The notes beneath the pieces are model-generated. The model did no database searches and was not told where the DNA came from. It saw only the letters and a list, made by a program, of their open reading frames with translations. Below, in pieces: positions 56,963-64,000 of a DNA stretch of 64,000 nt. Source of the stretch: Phycisphaerales bacterium (GTDB lineage Bacteria > Planctomycetota > Phycisphaerae > Tepidisphaerales > Tepidisphaeraceae); NCBI GenBank assembly GCA_020847545.1, contig JADLBV010000048.1, forward strand, positions 83 to 64,082, read 5' to 3'. Each line of letters begins with the position of its first letter. Position 1 is the first letter of the stretch. The position numbers were made by a program, and so were the translations under genes.

Positions 56963-57790
56963 TTAATCCTGCCGTACAAATCCTTTGCGCCGACGAAGCA
57001 TCATGCCCGACCCGGCCAGCAGCAGTCCCATGGTCGTGGAGGGCTCGGGTACCGGGGCGGGCGCAAAGGCGCCATCGGTGGTCCAGCGGAGATAATCAAC
57101 ATCTAAATTCACCTCCGCAGAGCCGGAAATGAAATCACCTATATAGAGCTTTGGTGGATTGGGAAAAGATGTATTTTGTGCAATGCTTCCAAGATCCACC
57201 CCATCGCGCCACAACTGATAGATTTGCCCAGTGCTGGAATCATTTGGTGAATATGAAGCAATGCGGAACGTATGCCAGGTATCGCTGTTGTCCATTCCTG
57301 AGATGGTGCCGAGCTCAACGATTATTTTATTATAAAAAAACTGGAACAACCCGGTGGAGTTTACATCCTGACCCTGTAAGCCGGCACCATATGTTGCGCT
57401 GTTGCTGGGATGGACAATTGCGCGCATTTCAATCGTGAATCCACCCAGAAAATTGGGGGTCCAGCTCGAAGACGCTCCTCCGACGGAGTAATGATAAACG
57501 TCGCCGTATTGATTGGCCACCACGGTGGTATTGGTATCCGTATTGATGGTCAAATAATTGACGCCATTGCCGCTTCCAAGCGAAGCAGGATCAGAGGCCG
57601 TGCCATACACCCCATTGGGGTCCGTCAACGTAAATCCCAACCCCGCATTCTGCGGAAGCACATCCCCTTCATATTTTGATGTAAACAGACTCGAATCCAG
57701 CGTCCCATCCAGCGTGGCCGCCATCGCCGAACCCGCCAGACCCAGTCCCGCCACCACAGCCGCCGCAAGAAGACTATTCCGATTCCGCAT
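56963..57790 (-). CDS. PEP-CTERM sorting-domain secreted protein (LamG/jelly-roll-like body)
   Basis: Signal peptide (MRNRNSLLAAAVVAGLGLAGSAMA) and C-terminal VPEPSTTMGLLLAGSGMMLRRRK. Confidence 0.85.
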   Translation of the reverse strand: MRNRNSLLAAAVVAGLGLAGSAMAATLDGTLDSSLFTSKYEGDVLPQNAGLGFTLTDPNGVYGTASDPASLGSGNGVNYLTINTDTNTTVVANQYGDVYHYSVGGASSSWTPNFLGGFTIEMRAIVHPSNSATYGAGLQGQDVNSTGLFQFFYNKIIVELGTISGMDNSDTWHTFRIASYSPNDSSTGQIYQLWRDGVDLGSIAQNTSFPNPPKLYIGDFISGSAEVNLDVDYLRWTTDGAFAPAPVPEPSTTMGLLLAGSGMMLRRRKGFVRQD

Positions 57791-57855
57791 GAGAACCTCC
57801 GAAATGAGAGAACAGAACATGAAAACTCCCGTGCCACACGGCACGGAAAAGGTGT

Positions 57856-58923
57856 TTATTTGGATGAAATCTCCGTGATCGCCCCGTAATCATGCAATGT
57901 GGCGGCATAATTGAACTGCGCCTGCCGGGAAAACCGGCGTTTTTGTTCAATGCCATCCAGCGCTAATTCCACCATCAGCCGGGAAATCTCCTGAAAACGC
58001 TCGCAGGTAAACGTCGGCAGCGGATCAACGTGTTCCCACCCTGGAACCGCTCCCATCGCCGCCACCGTGACATCCTTCCCCACCGTGTATCCCATCCGCA
58101 CAAGCGCCGCGTAGGTTCCGCTGATGCCGTCGGCGCCATCCTGAACCAGGCAGACCCCATTCTCCAGCCGATTTTTGGACAAATACGCCATCATCGCGTC
58201 ATAGCGTGCCTTGGCCCCGCGTTCGGATGTGCGGATCATTGAATTTTCATAATCAATCGGCAGGCCCATCGCCTTGGAAGTATCGCGGATCGCACGCTCC
58301 TCATGATCCGCCAAAAGTCGGCCGTGATTGCGAAATTGTGGCCGGGCGGGATCATCCTCAGCGATAAACATGAACTTTCGCCATCCCCGTTGAATCACAT
58401 GCCGCAATAATTCGACGATCCCGCCGTAATAATCGACCATGACGCAGGGAAAATTGGGCTTGGGCAACGTCGGATCGGTCATCCGCCCCACCAGCGGATA
58501 CCCGGCCAGTCGGCCCGCCAGATCGGCTCCATCGTCGGCCGGCCAATGATCCAGCACGATCATCCCATCCACATGCACCCGTCCCAGATTCAACGTGGAG
58601 TCCTCAAACAACGACCGCCGCCCCACCGCCAGCGGCACGGCGTGATACCCCGCCTGATCACACGCCTCACTGATCAGATTGAAATAATAGTTATGGGGGT
58701 AACAGTCGAGATAGCTTAAGACGACACCAATGCACTGTGTCATGCCACGAGCCAAATGAGTTGCCGAGAGGTTTGGGCGATACCCGATCTGTGCCGCCAC
58801 GGTGCGAATTTCACGAACCCGCTGGGGCGACAATTTGCCGGCCGTCCGGTCATTGAGCGCCAGCGAGACCGCCGACGGATCAACCCCCACCTTGGCCGCG
58901 ATGTCCTTTAACGTCACCCGCAC
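57856..58923 (-). CDS. LacI-family transcriptional regulator
   Basis: N-terminal HTH VTLKDIAAKVGVDPSAVSLALN ... IGYRPN plus a periplasmic-binding-protein-fold sensor. Confidence 0.9.
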   Translation of the reverse strand: MRVTLKDIAAKVGVDPSAVSLALNDRTAGKLSPQRVREIRTVAAQIGYRPNLSATHLARGMTQCIGVVLSYLDCYPHNYYFNLISEACDQAGYHAVPLAVGRRSLFEDSTLNLGRVHVDGMIVLDHWPADDGADLAGRLAGYPLVGRMTDPTLPKPNFPCVMVDYYGGIVELLRHVIQRGWRKFMFIAEDDPARPQFRNHGRLLADHEERAIRDTSKAMGLPIDYENSMIRTSERGAKARYDAMMAYLSKNRLENGVCLVQDGADGISGTYAALVRMGYTVGKDVTVAAMGAVPGWEHVDPLPTFTCERFQEISRLMVELALDGIEQKRRFSRQAQFNYAATLHDYGAITEISSK

Positions 58924-59169
58924 GAGGAGAATCTCCCATGGAAGAGACCGGACAGTTCAATCGCATGAACCATTAGTTCAAGCGGTTGAATTATGGCCGA
59001 TAAAAATGGTTTGTCAAGAAAAATATTGAAATTATTTTTCGCATCTTTGGATCCTACTGAATAAACAGCATGGACAATGGAAATATTGTCACCAGTCGAT
59101 ATGCTCATTGACCATATATTTTGATCCATCCTTTCGATGGACGGTCGAACCATTAACTTTGGATCACTC

Positions 59170-60210
59170 ATGTCACGCAATCTTTCGGTCAATCAATATT
59201 TCAACGGTCTGAATAAACGGCATGTGCCGCGATTTCGGTTTGGGGCCAAGGGGAACACGGACTGGAAATCATGGCAGGGAAAATTGATGGAGGCGGCCAG
59301 GGCTTCGTTGCTGAAAATGCCCCAGCGCGTGCCGTTGAATCCGCAGGTATTGATGGAATGGGAAGGGGATGGGCTGATCAAGCAGCGGTTTGTCATTGAT
59401 GTGGAAGAAGGATTGTCCGCCACGGGGTATCTGTTCCGCCCGAAAAACGCCGCCGGCCGGCTGCCGGCCATTTTGTGTTGTCATGGGCATGGAAAATGGG
59501 GCAAGGAATCGGTGATGGGTCAGGCCTGCGCATCGGATGCCTTGGCCTATGGCCGTGATCTGAACTATGACTACGGGCTTCAGATGGCCAAGACGGGGTT
59601 TGTCACCATCGCCATCGACTGGCGTGGATTCGGCGAGCGCGACGACCGACGTGCTCCTCATTGGCACGACATTGCCCATGGCCGTGATCAGTGCAATCTT
59701 CATTTCCTCAACGCGACGATGTTCGGCATGACCCTGCTGGGAATGAATGTCAACGATGGCCAGCGGACGCTGGATTATCTGTGCGATCAGCCCTTTGTTG
59801 ATCCAAACCGCATCGGCGTCATGGGATTGAGTTTTGGCGGGGCCATGACGACCTGGATGAGCATCTGCGATGAACGCATCAAGGCCTCCGACATCATCTG
59901 TTACAGCGACCGGTTTGAACAATTTGCGATTCGCCGAGCCAACTATTGCGGCAGCCAGATGACGCCGGGATTGTATGACCTGTGCGATGTGCCGGATCTT
60001 CACGGCCTGATCGCCCCACGACCACTGCTGATCGAGATCGGCGCCTCCGATGAATGTTTCCTGGTTGACGACGCCATGAGCTGCTACCGCGAGGTGGAAA
60101 AAATCTACGCGGCGGCCGGTGTATCGGATCGGCTGCAACTGGACCTGTTTCAGGGTGGCCATGCGTGGGGTGCCAACAAGTCAGTCGATTTTTTCCGCAA
60201 ATATCTGTAA
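59170..60210 (+). CDS. Alpha/beta hydrolase (acetyl-esterase/dienelactone-hydrolase-like)
   Basis: CCHGHG oxyanion region, nucleophile elbow GLSFGG, and C-terminal GGHAW. Divergent from the LacI gene. Confidence 0.8.
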   Translation: MSRNLSVNQYFNGLNKRHVPRFRFGAKGNTDWKSWQGKLMEAARASLLKMPQRVPLNPQVLMEWEGDGLIKQRFVIDVEEGLSATGYLFRPKNAAGRLPAILCCHGHGKWGKESVMGQACASDALAYGRDLNYDYGLQMAKTGFVTIAIDWRGFGERDDRRAPHWHDIAHGRDQCNLHFLNATMFGMTLLGMNVNDGQRTLDYLCDQPFVDPNRIGVMGLSFGGAMTTWMSICDERIKASDIICYSDRFEQFAIRRANYCGSQMTPGLYDLCDVPDLHGLIAPRPLLIEIGASDECFLVDDAMSCYREVEKIYAAAGVSDRLQLDLFQGGHAWGANKSVDFFRKYL

Positions 60211-60395
60211 ATCCTGGCGAATTCACACATTTTCATCGAAATGCCGGAGGATTTCTTTGGTATCAGGGCAATTCTGCGCCGCTCCAAAAGAATTTCGTGG
60301 TATTGGTCGATATAGAATACAGTGCTTCGAGATGTACTTGGCAAGCATCCATTCTTTTACAAAGGGGTCGTCGGCGAGAGACGATCAAACGGATC

Positions 60396-60818
60396 ATGTC
60401 ACATCAAACCCCAGACCATTCGCAAGGTGATTTGAAATTCAATCATCACTCATCGTCGAGCGCGGCGGAACATCGCTGCGAACGACGGTTTTCCTGTATC
60501 AGGAAGATAAAAATTGTCTCAACCGATAAGTCGGACAATCATCCCTCCAAAGAGGTGGAACTGCTTGACTGTTCCGCGCATGGATTGGGATTGTTGACGG
60601 CCGATCCGATGGAAGTGGGATCACAGTTCATCGCCACATTGAATCGCGAGGGAACACTGCTGGTGCTTTACACGGTGCGGCATTGCCGGCCGGCTGAACA
60701 AGGGCGATTCAAGATCGGCGCCAGCTTCGATGCGTTTTTCGGGTCACCCACCATGCAGAATCCACAGGAGATTCTGAACACCTTGTTGAATGAATTTCCG
60801 GGGGAACAAAAAGGATAA
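60396..60818 (+). CDS. PilZ-domain protein
   Basis: RxxxR (RCERR) and DxSxxG (DCSAHG) motifs at the expected spacing. ATG 60396 chosen inside the longer ORF. Confidence 0.68.
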   Translation: MSHQTPDHSQGDLKFNHHSSSSAAEHRCERRFSCIRKIKIVSTDKSDNHPSKEVELLDCSAHGLGLLTADPMEVGSQFIATLNREGTLLVLYTVRHCRPAEQGRFKIGASFDAFFGSPTMQNPQEILNTLLNEFPGEQKG

Positions 60819-60825
60819 AGTCATG

Positions 60826-62106
60826 TTATTTGCGGGCTAGTTGCCATTTCACTACCCCGCCGACGATTGTGGCCACTGCCCTGGCGACAACCTGTTGGCC
60901 TTGGAACGGGCAATTGCGGCTTTTGCCGGCAAATTGCTCCACATCAATTGTCCATTTGATTTTTGGGTCGATGATTGTGATGTCCGCATCCGCGCCATCG
61001 CGCAGTGTCCCCTTGTCGAGTTGAACGATTTTGGCCGGGCGCGTACTCATTAAATCAATCAGCCGCATCCAGTTGATATGTCCCCCTTCAATCAACGCTT
61101 TGACATATAACGACAGTGCGCATTCCAGGCCGATGATGCCGAACGGGGCAAACTGAAATTCCAGCTCCTTCTCCTCCGGAAGATGCGGGGCGTGATCGGT
61201 AGCCAGGCAATCGATGGTTCCATCACGCACCCCTTCGATACAGGCTTTTATATCCGCGGCCGCTCGCAACGGCGGATTCATCTTGTAATTGGTGTCAAAA
61301 GTCCGGCAGGATTCATCGGTTAAGAGCAGATGATGGGGCGACGCCTCGGCCGTCACGTTTTGGCCAAGTTTTTTGGCCTGACGGACCAGTTCGACACTGC
61401 CGGCCGTGCTGATGTGCTGGATGTGATATCGACAGCCGATGGTGCGGTTGAGCAGCAGGTCACGGGCGATCATCAATTGTTCGGCCTCGGCCGGGATGGA
61501 AGGCATCCCAAGAATCGTCGAGACGGTCCCCGCGTGCATCGCCCCGCCGCTGAGGGTTGGCTCCTCGCAATGTTGCATCAGGACGGTGTCGAACATTTTG
61601 GCGTATTGCAGAGCCTTTCGCATGACCGAAGCATCCGCCACCCCCACCCCATCATCGCTGATGGCGATCGCGCCGCGATCATGCATCGAGCCGATCTCGG
61701 CCAGTTCCCTGCCGGCTCGCCCCTTGGTGATGGCGCCGACGGGATAGACATTGGCCAGACCCACCCGTTCCGATTCGCGCAGCACAAACTCCACCTGCGC
61801 CTCGTTGTCCAGCGCGGGCTTGGTGTTGGGCATGCAGCAGACGGTGGTGAACCCCCCCGCCACCGCGGCGGCCGAACCTGAGGCGATGGTCTCCTCCTCC
61901 TCATCGCCCGGTTCGCGAAAATGAACGTGAATGTCGATCAACCCGGGCGTGACATAACATCCGGCGGCGTCGATGACCTGATCGGCCTTGCCGAGGTTCT
62001 GTCCTGTGGCGACGATCTTGCCATCGCGAACCAGCAGGTCCATCCGCTGCTCCAGATCACGCGAAGGATCCAGCACGGTCCCGTTTTGAATCAGCAATGA
62101 AGGCAT
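60826..62106 (-). CDS. pyrC: Dihydroorotase
   Basis: GLIDIHVHFREPG, class I DHOase length, and DHAPH. Confidence 0.93.
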   Translation of the reverse strand: MPSLLIQNGTVLDPSRDLEQRMDLLVRDGKIVATGQNLGKADQVIDAAGCYVTPGLIDIHVHFREPGDEEEETIASGSAAAVAGGFTTVCCMPNTKPALDNEAQVEFVLRESERVGLANVYPVGAITKGRAGRELAEIGSMHDRGAIAISDDGVGVADASVMRKALQYAKMFDTVLMQHCEEPTLSGGAMHAGTVSTILGMPSIPAEAEQLMIARDLLLNRTIGCRYHIQHISTAGSVELVRQAKKLGQNVTAEASPHHLLLTDESCRTFDTNYKMNPPLRAAADIKACIEGVRDGTIDCLATDHAPHLPEEKELEFQFAPFGIIGLECALSLYVKALIEGGHINWMRLIDLMSTRPAKIVQLDKGTLRDGADADITIIDPKIKWTIDVEQFAGKSRNCPFQGQQVVARAVATIVGGVVKWQLARK

Positions 62107-62175
62107 GGGGATGGATCATCCGCAAACAGGGGCGCGGTGTAAAGATGCCGTCATGGTCCATCCGACCAACACCCC

Positions 62176-62691
62176 TCAGCGCCGGTCGGCGCGGACCATC
62201 TGAATCGGCGGCGTCGGGCGTTCCAGCGCATCGCGTGGAATGATCAACAATGGCCTGGCCGTCGGTTGCGTGGAGGGGGTCTGACGATGAAACGGCTTGA
62301 TTTCGATGCGCGGCACGGCCGGCGCGCGAACCGGCACCACCAATGCGCCTTGAACCCATCGGGCCGAAAAAAGCAGGTCCGCCTTTCGGAAATAACGGGG
62401 AACCGAACCGTAAGCCTGGTTGTAGGCATCATTTGGGGTCATGCCATAAATCGCGGCATTGGCCCATGGCAGGCAATCGCTGTAGACACGCAACGGCACG
62501 TTATCGACCGGCCGATGCAGCGTGGAGATGTATTGCGCGCAGGAATCGCGGTGTGCCTTGGCAAACATGGCCGGATCATCCCCGCCATAATAAAACGCAT
62601 CGTATTGGTATTGCACCGGCTGATAGATGATCTGTGCGGAAGCGGCCGACGCGGCCATCAACAACCCGGCCAAAAACAGATGCCGAAACAT
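62176..62691 (-). CDS. Secreted hypothetical protein
   Basis: Signal peptide MFRHLFLAGLLMAASAASA, a Tyr/Gln-rich mature part, and no recognisable domain. Confidence 0.55.
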   Translation of the reverse strand: MFRHLFLAGLLMAASAASAQIIYQPVQYQYDAFYYGGDDPAMFAKAHRDSCAQYISTLHRPVDNVPLRVYSDCLPWANAAIYGMTPNDAYNQAYGSVPRYFRKADLLFSARWVQGALVVPVRAPAVPRIEIKPFHRQTPSTQPTARPLLIIPRDALERPTPPIQMVRADRR

Positions 62692-62759
62692 AATTTGCTC
62701 CCTTCGCTGGCGGACTCTCCACCGCCAATATAACGCCAGAGTGCGAACAACCGGGAGGG

Positions 62760-63065
62760 TTAAATGATCGATTCCACCCTTTTATCCACTTCAGTCTGGG
62801 ATAAAGTGTCAATCTGGAGAACTTTATTCGGATTTGCATGGCCGCGAAGCAGTTTGATGTGAGTTCGCGGGATCATCAGGGCGGCCGCGACCAATTGAAT
62901 GACCCGATCATTGGCCTTTCCCCCTTCGGGTGGCGCGCTGGTGCGAATTTTGATCACATCCCCCAGCCATCCCACGATCTGATCCTGTCGGGCGCCCGGG
63001 ACCACTTTGATTCGGACCTGTGCGGGCGGGGGAGGGTTGATTTTGTTAGTCGTGGTCGTGGACAT
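62760..63065 (-). CDS. DUF167 (YggU) family protein
   Basis: IKVVPGARQDQIVGWLGDVIKIRTSAPPEGGKANDRVIQLVAAAL pattern. ATG 63065 overlaps the nadK end by 20 nt. Confidence 0.72.
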   Translation of the reverse strand: MSTTTTNKINPPPPAQVRIKVVPGARQDQIVGWLGDVIKIRTSAPPEGGKANDRVIQLVAAALMIPRTHIKLLRGHANPNKVLQIDTLSQTEVDKRVESII

Positions 63066-63936
63066 GGTTGTAGCGCGGGCCAACCGCCCAATGGAGTTTT
63101 TCGGCCAGGCTGCGCCATTGGCGGGATTCGGGGTTTTCATACAGCAGCACATCGTGGTCGCTGCGGCGGATGATGATGGTGTCATCCGCGTGCAGACGGG
63201 TGCTCTCCTGGCCATCGCAAAAGAGGGTGGTTCCTTCGTTCACGCGGACGGCCGTGAGATAGATCGTACTGGCGGGAGAGACCACCACCGGCCGAAACGA
63301 AAGACTGTGGGGGCACAGCGGCGTGATGCACAAACAATCGACATCCGGATTGACGATCGGCCCGCCGGCCGAGGCGTTGTAGGCGGTCGATCCGCTGGGG
63401 GTTGAGACGATCACCCCATCGCCATGAAACCGCACCCCCGGCTCATCGCCGCTGGCGACACCCAGTTCGATCATGCGAAAGGGAGGCCCGGCGGTAATGA
63501 CGGCATCATTCAGCGCCGTGGCGACAAACCGCCTGTGGGCGGCCACTTCGGCCGGGTCGTAACAATTGGACGTGGCATCCGCCCCCACCACCGAGGCCTG
63601 CAACATCAACCGGGGTCGAATCGGCAGCCGGCCTGCAAGCAGCGATTCCAGTTGATCGGGCATCTCATCGGGCGTGAAACTGGCCAAAAAGCCCAATCGG
63701 CCAAAATTAACCCCCATCAATGGGATCGGCCGATCCGCCAGCCGTCGGGCAACGGATAACAGTGTCCCATCGCCCCCCAAAACGATGATCGCATCCGCCT
63801 GTAGCTGATCAAGCGGGGCGCCCGGCTGGTCTTCAATGCCGACGACCTCTGCCCGGCCGCGAAGCTGGGCAATCGCCCGATCAAGGGCGGCCCGCACGCC
63901 GGCCTTTTGTGGTTTGGTGACGAAAAACAGACGCAT
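63046..63936 (-). CDS. nadK: NAD+ kinase
   Basis: VLGGDGTLL, VNFGRLGFL, NDAVI and STPSGSTAYNASAGGPIV. Confidence 0.9.
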   Translation of the reverse strand: MRLFFVTKPQKAGVRAALDRAIAQLRGRAEVVGIEDQPGAPLDQLQADAIIVLGGDGTLLSVARRLADRPIPLMGVNFGRLGFLASFTPDEMPDQLESLLAGRLPIRPRLMLQASVVGADATSNCYDPAEVAAHRRFVATALNDAVITAGPPFRMIELGVASGDEPGVRFHGDGVIVSTPSGSTAYNASAGGPIVNPDVDCLCITPLCPHSLSFRPVVVSPASTIYLTAVRVNEGTTLFCDGQESTRLHADDTIIIRRSDHDVLLYENPESRQWRSLAEKLHWAVGPRYNHVHDHD

Positions 63937-64000
63937 GGACGACATTTGACCCGACAACCGCCCGGAAGGCAAAAGGAATTCATCCTCCCACCATCGCCAA

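Noticed and set aside
1-64000. Search for rRNA, tRNA, CRISPR arrays, integrases, restriction-modification, toxin-antitoxin or other classical defence genes
   Set aside because: None were recognised by eye in any intergenic region or ORF. A tRNAscan/Infernal/CRISPR-finder run would be needed to exclude small RNAs formally.

Overview
GC-rich bacterial chromosomal segment, most likely Planctomycetota. The pointers are a DUF1559 pseudopilin-like protein with a prepilin N-terminus and an H-x(n)-DG tail, a PEP-CTERM protein, zinc-ribbon membrane proteins, and many ATGA-coupled genes. About 60 protein genes fill the window. I recognised no rRNA, tRNA or CRISPR array. The left 30 kb and the far right end are housekeeping: glnS/gltX, psd-pssA, rsmD, cca, PFOR (nifJ) with a DHOD-like partner, hisB-hisC, serS, rnhA, plsC, cmk, nadE, lptB, pyrC and nadK. 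The middle holds cspA, rsmA, an NAD-IDH-like gene, GH78, pirin, a TPP riboswitch with thiC, an AGE-family epimerase and recQ. Observations worth a second look:
1. Two perfect and two near-perfect DnaA boxes bracket the only strongly AT-rich island (29.6-29.9 kb). This is a candidate oriC or a DnaA-controlled csp promoter.
2. A translationally coupled minus-strand operon at 34.6-36.9 kb: SAM O-methyltransferase, a MoaD-like protein ending GG-VS, DUF1854, and an MmcB-like PD-(D/E)XK protein. I know no described pathway for this combination.
3. A stand-alone MshEN/T2SSE_N-type putative c-di-GMP receptor with a 23-bp palindrome upstream.
4. A ~110-nt dispersed repeat present twice (6.6 kb and 46.6 kb). 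The second copy sits in a small mobile-DNA scar containing an IS3 OrfA-only remnant.
5. A LacI-headed 8-gene putative glycan-utilisation cluster (47.2-58.9 kb). It contains two large unassigned proteins, an Asp-box propeller-cupin fusion, an SSS transporter, and DUF1559 and PEP-CTERM proteins.
All calls come from reading the translated ORFs and the DNA by eye. No database search was run, so family names are recollection-based.
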